Notes under the pieces: model-generated | Database searches by the model: none | Seen by the model: only the letters and a program-made list of their open reading frames with translations | What the model was told of the DNA's origin: nothing | Made by a program: the position numbers and the translations under genes | In this document: positions 1 through 7,863 of the stretch, piece by piece | Layout: the number at the start of each line of letters is the position of its first letter | How positions within the stretch are numbered: the stretch's first letter is position 1 | From: a bacterium | GTDB lineage: Bacteria > Zhuqueibacterota > Zhuqueibacteria > Oceanimicrobiales > Oceanimicrobiaceae | Direction of reading: 5' to 3' | DNA length: 27,565 nucleotides | Assembly: GCA_046757525.1 (NCBI GenBank) | Contig: JBHHYI010000040.1 | Location: 1 to 27,565 of the forward strand

Positions 1-1
1 G

Positions 2-415
2 TCCCGTGCCGGCGAAGCGTCGCGGGCCTGGTATGCTTACGTGGCCGACTTCTGGCTGGTGGGCGTGATTCCCGTGACCTTGTACCCGTTTTTTGGCGGC
101 AAAATCTGGTGCCGCTACTGGTGCCCCCTGGCCAAGTGGATGGAGTTCTGGAGCCGCAGGTTTGGCAAGCTGGGCATTGACAGCAACGAGAAGTGCATTA
201 CCTGCGGCGAATGCTCCCGCTACTGCGAAGTCGGCATCGACGTCATGAGCTTTGCCAAAAATCAGGAGCGGTTCTCTAACAAAAACACCTCCTGCATTCA
301 GTGTGGCATCTGCATCACCGTGTGTCCCATGGACGTGCTTTCCTTTCAAAAAAATGGCAGAGTGAAGCTAAATAGCGCGGTCGTTGAGAAGGAATATATA
401 AAAGTGGCGGCCTAA
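2..415 (+). CDS. 4Fe-4S binding membrane polyferredoxin (NapH/MauN/RdxA-like), C-terminal part; 5' end lies outside the window
   Basis: The frame is open back to base 2 (SRAGEASRAWYAYVADFW...). A hydrophobic segment is followed by CxxxCP (WCRYWCP) and two ferredoxin motifs, CITCGECSRYC and CIQCGICITVCP. Confidence 0.85.
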   Translation, partial: SRAGEASRAWYAYVADFWLVGVIPVTLYPFFGGKIWCRYWCPLAKWMEFWSRRFGKLGIDSNEKCITCGECSRYCEVGIDVMSFAKNQERFSNKNTSCIQCGICITVCPMDVLSFQKNGRVKLNSAVVEKEYIKVAA

Positions 416-422
416 GCCCTTT

Positions 423-677
423 TTGTCCCGTTTCGGGGCACATCCACACCGAAGCTTCTCAATAGCAAATGAACCACGACGGCTGGTGGAACAATATGAA
501 AGACTGGCCTTTTCCCGTCAGAGATATGGTTCCGTGCGTTCGCATGGCTACGATAACCGCGGTGCCATCTGCCTGCGTGACCGACAAGTCATAAATCTTA
601 AAAGCGGTGTTGAGACCAAAGCCTATGACCGCATTGCCATTGGCGCACTGCTGGCCTTACAGTCTCTCGGAAGCTGA
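423..677 (+). pseudogene. Possible degenerate fragment of an FAD-dependent pyridine-nucleotide oxidoreductase
   Basis: The segment 'RQVINLKSGVETKAYDRIAIG' resembles the 'k.V.L.sG....YD.LliAtG' strand of NirB/rubredoxin-reductase-like flavoproteins. There is no GxGxxG, no good start, and it is only 84 codons. Confidence 0.35.
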
Positions 678-786
678 ACACCGCCTGGTTGAGCAGGCAC
701 TAAAGGTAGCTGATTACAACAGGAAGAAAGCGGCCGAGATCCTGGGCATTTCACCAACGCGCTTGTACAAGAAAATTGAAGGTTAA
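625..786 (+). pseudogene. Orphan Fis-type helix-turn-helix (HTH_8), resembling the C-terminus of a sigma-54-dependent activator
   Basis: Hand translation of 661-786 gives SLSEAEHRLVEQALKVADYNRKKAAEILGISPTRLYKKIEG*. There is an in-frame ATG at 625 and an in-frame stop at 592-594, so no AAA+ domain is attached. It is too short to appear in the supplied ORF track. Confidence 0.75.
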
Positions 787-868
787 GGGATCCAGGTGCC
801 CAGGTAACAGCCCCCAACGCAGGGACGCCCGCGTTCAGTTTTGGGTGGCCGGTTTTTGTTTGTGGCAC

Positions 869-897
869 TTGACTCTGGATTATATTTTTATTATCTT
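869..897 (+). promoter_or_regulatory. Putative sigma-70 promoter for the aminotransferase-gcvT-thiE-ftsK-lolA run
   Basis: TTGACT (869-874), a 17-nt spacer, then TATCTT (892-897), about 60 nt upstream of the ATG at 959. An AAGGAG RBS precedes that ATG. Confidence 0.5.
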
Positions 898-958
898 TTT
901 GCACCATCCTAAGAGTCGTTCTAACAGTCAAGTGTTGCTTGGTTAAGGAGAAATACTG

Positions 959-2122
959 ATGAAATTTGCAAGAAGAATGGAGGTTTTAGGTACTGAAACG
1001 GCTTTTGAAGTCATGGCAAAAGCCAAGGCCCTGGAAGCCAGTGGAAGGGAAATCATACACTTGCAAATTGGAGAACCCGACTTCACTACCCCGCGTCACA
1101 TCATTGATGCGGGTATTGAGGCGTTGCGCGACGGTCAAACGCACTACTCCCCGGCCGCGGGCATCGCGCCGTTGCGGGAGGCCATAGTCGAGGATGTCCA
1201 AATGCGGCGTGGCGTGGGTGCCAAAGTCGAGGAAGTCGTTGTGACGCCGGGGGCAAAGCCGATCATCTTTTTTACCATCCTGGCCTGCATCGAAGACGGC
1301 GATGAAGTGATCTACCCAAATCCCGGTTTCCCGATTTACGAGTCGGTCATCAATTTTGTTGGCGCCAAAGCCGTGCCTTTACCTTTGTGGGAAGAAAACG
1401 ACTTCCGTTTCGACGCCGATGAATTGCGATCGTTGGTGACCGACCGCACGCGCATGATCATCCTCAACTCGCCGCAGAACCCGACCGGCGGCATTCTGAC
1501 CAAACAAGACATAGAACTGATCGCCGAGATTGCCCTGGACAAGGATCTCCTGGTGCTATCCGATGAAGTCTACAAGAATATCATTTATGAGGGAACCAGC
1601 CACAGCATTTTCTCTTTGCCAGGCATGAAGGAACACACCATTCTGTTGGATGGTTTCTCCAAAACCTACGCGATGACGGGTTGGCGATTGGGTTTTGGCG
1701 TGATGCCCAGAGAGTTGGCCCAGAAAGTGGAGCAACTGATGATCAACAGCAATTCCTGTACAGCCACCTTTTCTCAATACGCAGCCGTCGAAGCGCTGCA
1801 AGGGCCCACCGATGAGGTCGATGCCATGGTTGCAGAATTCAAGAAACGGAGAGATTTTATTGTCGCTGGCTTAAACGACATTCCTGAGATTAGCTGCAAA
1901 ATGCCCAAAGGGGCTTTTTATGTTTTCCCCAATGTCAAGAATGTTGACAGGAGCTCGAGAGAGCTGGAAACCTATTTGTTGAACGAAGCCGGCGTCGCCG
2001 TGCTTTCGGGCACTGCATTCGGAAAATATGGCGATGGCTATCTCAGACTGTCGTACGCCAACTCCATCGAAAATATTCAAAAAGGTCTCGACAGAATCAG
2101 GATCGCTTTGGAGGAACTTTAG
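959..2122 (+). CDS. PLP-dependent aminotransferase class I/II (aspartate aminotransferase family)
   Basis: Motifs IGEPDF, NSPQNPTG, SDEVY, the PLP-lysine motif GFSKTYAMTGWRLG, PKGAFY and YLRLSYA; 387 aa; strong RBS. Confidence 0.95.
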   Translation: MKFARRMEVLGTETAFEVMAKAKALEASGREIIHLQIGEPDFTTPRHIIDAGIEALRDGQTHYSPAAGIAPLREAIVEDVQMRRGVGAKVEEVVVTPGAKPIIFFTILACIEDGDEVIYPNPGFPIYESVINFVGAKAVPLPLWEENDFRFDADELRSLVTDRTRMIILNSPQNPTGGILTKQDIELIAEIALDKDLLVLSDEVYKNIIYEGTSHSIFSLPGMKEHTILLDGFSKTYAMTGWRLGFGVMPRELAQKVEQLMINSNSCTATFSQYAAVEALQGPTDEVDAMVAEFKKRRDFIVAGLNDIPEISCKMPKGAFYVFPNVKNVDRSSRELETYLLNEAGVAVLSGTAFGKYGDGYLRLSYANSIENIQKGLDRIRIALEEL

Positions 2123-2133
2123 TCCAGCAAAAA

Positions 2134-3234
2134 GTGAGGTCTCATTTGGAAGCCAAGAAAACACCTCTGTTTGAAGAACACAAGAGATTAGGCGCCAAAA
2201 TAGTTGAGTTCGGCGGGTACTTGATGCCCGTGCAGTACAAGGGCATCCTGGAGGAGCACAAAAGCGTGCGTAATTCGGTGGGCATTTTTGATGTGTCGCA
2301 CATGGGTGAATTTATTGTCAAAGGAGCGCGGGCCGCAGCCTATTTGCAGCAGATGACCCTGAACGACGTCACCAAATTAGTTGAGAATCGGGCTCAGTAT
2401 TCGGGCATGTGTTATGAACATGGCGGCATGGTAGACGATTTGATCGTGAGTCGATTCAAGGATCATTACATGCTGATCGTCAATGCCTCAAACAAGGACA
2501 AGGATTTTCAATGGCTGCAACAACATTTAATCCCGGAAGTGGATTTGCAGGACATTAGCGATGATTTCTGTCTGTTTGCAGTTCAGGGCAGAAATGCTGA
2601 AGCAACTTTGCAGCCTCTGACCGATGTGAAGTTGTCGGAAATCAAATATTACTGGTTTCGGGAAGGAATCCTGGCGGATACGCCGGCTTTTATCTCGCGC
2701 ACGGGGTACACCGGGGAAGACGGCTTCGAAGTCGGCGTCGAGGCCGCTGAGGCGGTCAAGGTGTGGCGAGCGATTTTGGATGCCGGGACCAGGTACCAGA
2801 TCGAACCCATTGGCCTCGGTGCCAGAGACACCCTGCGCCTGGAGATGAAATACGCCCTGTACGGCAACGACATCGACGAAACCACCAATCCCATCGAAGC
2901 CGGATTGGGCTGGATCACCAAGGTAGACAAAGGGGAGTTCGTCGGCAGACAGGCTATCGTGAAGATCAAAGAAAACGGCGCAGCGCGCAAGCTGGTCGGC
3001 ATGGAACTCAACGAACGCGCCATAGCAAGGCACGGTTACAAGATTGTGAAAGACGGTCATGAAATCGGACAGGTCACCAGCGGCACTTTTTCACCGACGC
3101 TGCAAAAGGGAATCGCCATGGGGTACGTCAACGTTCCACATCACGAAATTGGAACCGCGCTGCACATCGCTATTCGAGGAAAGGAAGTTCCTGCGCAAGT
3201 GGTCAAAACCCCGTTTTATCAGCGACCTTATTAG
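2134..3234 (+). CDS. gcvT: Glycine cleavage system aminomethyltransferase T
   Basis: Motifs KTPL, FGGYLMPVQY, FDVSHMGE, SRTGYTGEDGFE, GLGARDTLRLE, GQVTSGTFSPTL and the terminal PFY. Confidence 0.97.
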   Translation: MRSHLEAKKTPLFEEHKRLGAKIVEFGGYLMPVQYKGILEEHKSVRNSVGIFDVSHMGEFIVKGARAAAYLQQMTLNDVTKLVENRAQYSGMCYEHGGMVDDLIVSRFKDHYMLIVNASNKDKDFQWLQQHLIPEVDLQDISDDFCLFAVQGRNAEATLQPLTDVKLSEIKYYWFREGILADTPAFISRTGYTGEDGFEVGVEAAEAVKVWRAILDAGTRYQIEPIGLGARDTLRLEMKYALYGNDIDETTNPIEAGLGWITKVDKGEFVGRQAIVKIKENGAARKLVGMELNERAIARHGYKIVKDGHEIGQVTSGTFSPTLQKGIAMGYVNVPHHEIGTALHIAIRGKEVPAQVVKTPFYQRPY

Positions 3235-3278
3235 GGTGAGGTTTTGCAACTTCCTGTCTTTTAAGTAGTTAAACAATT

Positions 3279-3950
3279 ATGTTGGCGAAAATCGACCCCC
3301 GGGCTGTTGATTGGTCGCTGTATGCAATTTTGGACAAGGAGTTTGCCAGAGGGCGCGCGCCGGATGTGTTGGCCAGCGAGCTTATCGAGGGTGGTTGTAG
3401 CGTCATCCAGTTGCGCGACAAGGTTTCTCCCGCCAGGGAATTTTACCGCGATGCACTAAGGGTTAAGGAGGTTACCGATAGACACGGTATCCCACTCATA
3501 ATCAACGATCGGGCAGATATTGCACTGGCGGTTCGAGCCGATGGCGTGCATTTGGGCCAGCAGGACTTGCCGCTTCCAGCGGTCAAAGCCATTCTGGGCG
3601 GGGAGGTTTTGCTGGGTGCCTCGATCCACAATCTGCACGAGCTTACAGAGGCCTTAGCTGCAGGTGCTGACTACGTGGGTGTGGGCACGATCTTCCCGAC
3701 CAAAACCAAAGCTACGGACCGCGTGACCGGGGTGGAAATAATTCAAACGCTACGCCTTCATACTAAGATTCCCCTCGTCGCCATCGGCGGCATCACAGCA
3801 GAAAACGTGGCCTCGGTTATTGCTGCGGGCGCTGACGGGGTGGCCGTCATTTCGGCACTTTTAGCAGGCGGCGGTAGCGTACAGGAAAATACAAGCGTGT
3901 TGGCCCAAAGGATCAGGGCTGCAAAACGAGGCGTGTGCCACGAAAACTAA
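3279..3950 (+). CDS. thiE: Thiamine-phosphate synthase
   Basis: Motifs IQLRDK, IINDRAD, DGVHLGQQD, ADYVGVG..FPTKTK, VAIGGIT and GVAVIS. Confidence 0.95.
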   Translation: MLAKIDPRAVDWSLYAILDKEFARGRAPDVLASELIEGGCSVIQLRDKVSPAREFYRDALRVKEVTDRHGIPLIINDRADIALAVRADGVHLGQQDLPLPAVKAILGGEVLLGASIHNLHELTEALAAGADYVGVGTIFPTKTKATDRVTGVEIIQTLRLHTKIPLVAIGGITAENVASVIAAGADGVAVISALLAGGGSVQENTSVLAQRIRAAKRGVCHEN

Positions 3951-3971
3951 CTCATATTCGACATCCAACCC

Positions 3972-6272
3972 ATGAAGACACGTACGAAAAATCCTGGCAT
4001 ATCTCGAAAAGAGGAAATTCTTGGAATTCTCCTGATGACGTTTGGCATCCTGGTCGCCCTCTGCCTGCTGACCTACCACCCAAGCGAACAGCCGGGAAAT
4101 GTCAGAATTGGTCAAATCGACAATCAGCTTGGAATCGCTGGTGTCTACATTTCCTATTTCCTCATTCAACTTGTGATTGGCTTGCCTTCCGTTGTTTTCC
4201 CCATCATCGTGTTTGTGTGGGGCTGGAATGTTTTCCGCGGGCATTCCCTTTCCAAGTGGACGTTGTTATTCTTGCTGTTGGCTGTTTACACATCGATTAT
4301 TCTGGCGCTGCCAGAAATCGCCGTCAACGGCCACGGGCAACCCGACTTCTCAAAATCTGGTCTGGTGGGGGGCGTGGTAGCGCAATTCCTGTTGAACTAT
4401 TTGGGGCTTTTGGGCAGCATCGTTGTCATACTATCTGTCATTATGATCACCGTGGTGGGAGCAACAGATTTTAGCTTCGCAAATGGGCTGTCCTTTATCC
4501 TCCAGTTAATCTCCACCACATTTACACAAATGAAATTTCGTCTTGAAACCTGGAATGAACGGAGTCGACGCAAGGCAAGAAGCGCCAAAAGCAAGAAGGA
4601 AAACGAAAGAGACGCACTTGGTGAATCCGCGGACGAGACCCGGAACCCAGTCGAACCCACCGTTCAAGTGGAAACGCCGAAGGAACGGAAGCCTCTGATT
4701 TCCCAGGCAACAGAAGAAGCGAAGGCGGTGAACACCTACATTGGCATTCCCAAGTCGACCCTGGAGCAGACCTCTGCACACGCGAAAAGCAGTTACGAAT
4801 TCCCATCTTCGGCTTTGTTACAGCGACCTGACCGCGAAGCAGAACAGGTCAGCGAACAGGAGCTCATTGGCAACGGCAAAATACTGGAAGAGCGCCTGCT
4901 TGAATTTGGTGTGCAGGGAACGGTAGTTGAAATCAATCCGGGCCCTGTGATTACCCGTTATGAATTGGAACCAGCCCCTGGCGTCAAATTGAGCCGCATA
5001 ACCGCTCTGGCCGATGATCTGGCATTAGCCGTCCGGGCCAAAAGCATTCGAATCGTTGCCCCCATTCCAGGCAAAGGTGCCGTTGGCATTGAAATACCCA
5101 ACAAGAAGCCCTCTGTCGTGTACCTGAAAGAAGTCATCGATTCTGTGCCGTTCAGAGACTCCAACTCACCGCTCACTCTGGCCCTGGGTAAAACCATCTC
5201 TGGGCAGCCGTTTGTTACCCGGCTGGACCAGATGCCGCATCTCCTCATCGCCGGGGCTACGGGTTCGGGGAAAAGCATCTGCTTGAACTCCATCATAACG
5301 AGCATCTTGTTCAAGGCGCATCCCACTGAAGTCAATTTTGTCATGCTTGACCCCAAGCGTTTAGAGTTGTCGATTTACAGCAACTTGCGCCACCATCATT
5401 TGAACTATCGGGAGGACCTCGACGAGGAAGTCGTCACTAATGCCAACAATGCCATCTCCGTGCTCAGAAGCATTGAGGTGTTGATGGAGGAACGTTATGA
5501 GATTTTGGCCAGGGCAGGGGTTCGCAATATCGGTGACTACAATCAAAGGCTCAAAAATGGTCAGTTGCAAAGCATAGACAACGAAGAGCCGTTTGAACCC
5601 CTTTCGTACATCGTAGTCATCGTTGACGAATTAGCCGATCTCATGCTTACGGCTGCACGCGAAGTGGAAGAGCCTATTGCTCGCCTGACGCAAATGTCGC
5701 GCGCTGTTGGCATTCATCTCATTCTGGCTACCCAGCGCCCTTCTGTGGACGTAATCACCGGCGTCATTAAAGCCAACTTTCCGGCACGCATCGCATTTCA
5801 AGTGGCGTCAAAAACGGATTCCCGCACCATACTCGACCTCAATGGCGCGGAGAACTTGCTGGGTCGAGGCGATATGCTGTTTATTCCCCCTGGCAGTCAT
5901 GCACCAGTCAGGATTCACGGAACCTATGTCTCCACAGAAGAAATAGAAGGCATCATTGCTCACATCAGAAAGCAACCCAGGTATCCTAAGAAGTTGTTGC
6001 CTGTCGGCCAGGAGGACCCCACCGGATTTGGTGACACGGGTTTGTCTGGTAGTGGACGGGATGCTTTATTTAATGAAGCCTTGAAACTGGTGGTCCGGCA
6101 TCAGCAAGGGTCGATTTCGCTTTTGCAAAGACGGCTCAAAGTAGGGTACGCCCGGGCCGCCCGCATCATAGACGAATTGGAAGCGGCCGGCGTGGTGGGT
6201 GCCTTTGACGGCAGCAAGGCCAGGGAAGTATTGATCGGCGAAGAAGAGCTTGAAGATATGCTGCAATATTAA
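3972..6272 (+). CDS. ftsK: DNA translocase FtsK
   Basis: N-terminal multi-TM region, Walker A GATGSGKS, Walker B VIVDELAD, ATQRPSVDVITG, and gamma domain LLQRRLKVGYARAARIID. Confidence 0.97.
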   Translation: MKTRTKNPGISRKEEILGILLMTFGILVALCLLTYHPSEQPGNVRIGQIDNQLGIAGVYISYFLIQLVIGLPSVVFPIIVFVWGWNVFRGHSLSKWTLLFLLLAVYTSIILALPEIAVNGHGQPDFSKSGLVGGVVAQFLLNYLGLLGSIVVILSVIMITVVGATDFSFANGLSFILQLISTTFTQMKFRLETWNERSRRKARSAKSKKENERDALGESADETRNPVEPTVQVETPKERKPLISQATEEAKAVNTYIGIPKSTLEQTSAHAKSSYEFPSSALLQRPDREAEQVSEQELIGNGKILEERLLEFGVQGTVVEINPGPVITRYELEPAPGVKLSRITALADDLALAVRAKSIRIVAPIPGKGAVGIEIPNKKPSVVYLKEVIDSVPFRDSNSPLTLALGKTISGQPFVTRLDQMPHLLIAGATGSGKSICLNSIITSILFKAHPTEVNFVMLDPKRLELSIYSNLRHHHLNYREDLDEEVVTNANNAISVLRSIEVLMEERYEILARAGVRNIGDYNQRLKNGQLQSIDNEEPFEPLSYIVVIVDELADLMLTAAREVEEPIARLTQMSRAVGIHLILATQRPSVDVITGVIKANFPARIAFQVASKTDSRTILDLNGAENLLGRGDMLFIPPGSHAPVRIHGTYVSTEEIEGIIAHIRKQPRYPKKLLPVGQEDPTGFGDTGLSGSGRDALFNEALKLVVRHQQGSISLLQRRLKVGYARAARIIDELEAAGVVGAFDGSKAREVLIGEEELEDMLQY

Positions 6273-6302
6273 TCTCATGAATTTGAAATTAAGAAATTAG
6301 GT

Positions 6303-6962
6303 GTGTCCATGACGATGTCAAAATTAGTATTGGTTCTCGTGGTGAATTTGCTGTGCGGGTCGATAGTACCCGGAGTTTTTTCAGCTTCCATGAACGCAAG
6401 AAAAATCATGAAGAACGTGAAAAAACGATACGAATCGTTGCAAACTCTGAAGGCCAATTTCAAACAAATATATTTCTGGGAATTGGCCGGTGAAACCCAG
6501 ACTCTCGAAGGCTCGTTGTTTCTCAAATCTGGCAACCATTACCGAATAGAAACCGACAGCCAAGTCGTTGTTACCGATGGCAAGCAGGTCTGGACCTATT
6601 CGCCAGCCAACCACCAGGTCATCATAGATTATTTGAGCCAGTCCAATGAGAATCCATTGCCCAAAGATCTTCTCTTTAAGTATTCTGAGGATTACACGCC
6701 GCACCTGATCGGTGAAGAAAAAATTGACGGCGAAAAAACCTATGTTTTGAATCTCGTGCCTAAAGATGAAGACGCATTCATAAAGTCGATGAAGATTTGG
6801 GTCAACGAATCCAACTGGTTGACGACAAAAATTGAACAGACCGACATCAATGATAACAAGAATACCTACATCGTGAGTGACATCGAGGAGAACGTCAAGC
6901 TCTCCGATGCGCTCTTTACATTCCAGATTCCCCCCGACGCAGAGATCGTAGATTTGAGATAG
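6303..6962 (+). CDS. lolA: Outer-membrane lipoprotein chaperone LolA family protein (true start possibly the ATG at 6309 or 6315)
   Basis: Signal peptide; ANFKQ; VVTDGKQVWTYSP..HQV; terminal FTFQIPPDAEIVD; located directly downstream of ftsK, a common gene order. Confidence 0.85.
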   Translation: MSMTMSKLVLVLVVNLLCGSIVPGVFSASMNARKIMKNVKKRYESLQTLKANFKQIYFWELAGETQTLEGSLFLKSGNHYRIETDSQVVVTDGKQVWTYSPANHQVIIDYLSQSNENPLPKDLLFKYSEDYTPHLIGEEKIDGEKTYVLNLVPKDEDAFIKSMKIWVNESNWLTTKIEQTDINDNKNTYIVSDIEENVKLSDALFTFQIPPDAEIVDLR

Positions 6963-7124
6963 CGGGACAGGTCCCGAGTTCATGTGGAAGCTGTGCAACA
7001 GCAGAATTTTATGAAGGAGATAAGGCAAATGACCTGTCGACCGAATCCGCACTTACGCTATTTTGAAGGTATAGTACATTGCTAATGGATATTTGATCAA
7101 AAAGCTCCTCTTTGGGAACCTCGG

Positions 7125-7175
7125 AAACTATTGGCTAACCAGATACTTAATGACGATAATGGGAACCAATAGTTT
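7125..7175. repeat. Perfect 10-bp inverted repeat with a 31-nt spacer, followed by a T-run
   Basis: AAACTATTGG (7125-7134) and its reverse complement CCAATAGTTT (7166-7175); continues into TTTTGTTTTG. Confidence 0.6.
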
Positions 7176-7185
7176 TTTTGTTTTG

Positions 7186-7201
7186 TGGCTCAGAATTTGC
7201 A
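7186..7201 (+). promoter_or_regulatory. Putative sigma-54 (RpoN) -24/-12 promoter of the polysaccharide operon
   Basis: TGGC-TCAGAAT-TTGCA, with GG (7187-7188) and GC (7199-7200) separated by exactly 10 nt. It lies 46 nt before the first operon ATG and is preceded by a T-tract. Confidence 0.65.
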
Positions 7202-7247
7202 TAAAATTGGGAAAATTGTGTTCAAAACCTAATGGGAGTTTTGGTTC

Positions 7248-7817
7248 ATGCCTCTAAGACTTGAAAAATTAAGAGCATCCATTTTGGGCCTGGTGCTCCT
7301 GTTTTGCACTCCAGTGATACTCATGTCTCAGGAGAGTACAAAAGACGTTACCTATCCCCGGCGCTACTATCTGGGTTCTCAAGCAAATCCGAAAGATGAT
7401 GTGCGTCCCAAGACAGGTGCACAATACTATCTGGGGTCGGCCGACGAGTTGCTCATGAAGGTAAATATCTGGGGTTTTGTTAGAAATCCAGGGCAATATT
7501 TGGTGCCAACGGATACGGATTTGATCTCCTTGATTTCCTTTTCCGGCGGCCCTATCGAAGACGCGAAAATGAAGAACATCAAGGTAATCAGGGCTGGGGG
7601 CCACGACGGCCACGGTAAGAATGTGAAGGTGATCAAGGTCAATGTTGAGCAATATATTAACACCGGTGACGAATCCCTAATCCCGGCCTTGCTTCCGGAC
7701 GATACCATTGTAGTGTCCGGTTCAACGATTCACTTCATCGGCAAGTTCTTTGATTTCGCTGCAAAACTTGCCGTGATTGCGCAAATTTACTTCTGGGTAC
7801 AAATTGCTAATAATTAG
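7248..7817 (+). CDS. SLBB-domain polysaccharide export protein (minimal Wza/OPX-like)
   Basis: Signal peptide; SLBB motif VNIWGFVRNPGQY...LISLISFSGG...IKVIR...LLPDDTIVV; C-terminal amphipathic/hydrophobic helix; directly upstream of wzc. Confidence 0.8.
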   Translation: MPLRLEKLRASILGLVLLFCTPVILMSQESTKDVTYPRRYYLGSQANPKDDVRPKTGAQYYLGSADELLMKVNIWGFVRNPGQYLVPTDTDLISLISFSGGPIEDAKMKNIKVIRAGGHDGHGKNVKVIKVNVEQYINTGDESLIPALLPDDTIVVSGSTIHFIGKFFDFAAKLAVIAQIYFWVQIANN

Positions 7818-7863
7818 TTTTTGCGGCAATCATCTATAAATCTAACGAGTTTAAAGCTTCTCT

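Noticed and set aside
816..842. Small hairpin AACGC(A)GGG-ACG-CCCGCGTT as a terminator
   Set aside because: The stem is bulged, the loop is 3 nt and the T-run is interrupted. Too weak to call.
862..880. TGGCAC upstream of the aminotransferase as a possible sigma-54 -24 box
   Set aside because: There is no TTGC at the required -12 spacing. The overlapping TTGACT-N17-TATCTT sigma-70 reading fits better.
2123..3278. Glycine riboswitch before gcvT or TPP riboswitch before thiE
   Set aside because: The intergenic gaps are only 11 and 44 nt, with no recognisable aptamer motifs.
3870..3880. GGCGGTAGCGT, resembling the RfaH ops element associated with polysaccharide operons
   Set aside because: It lies inside thiE, where it encodes Gly-Gly-Ser-Val, more than 3 kb and two genes upstream of the operon, and lacks the final G of the consensus. 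Probably chance.
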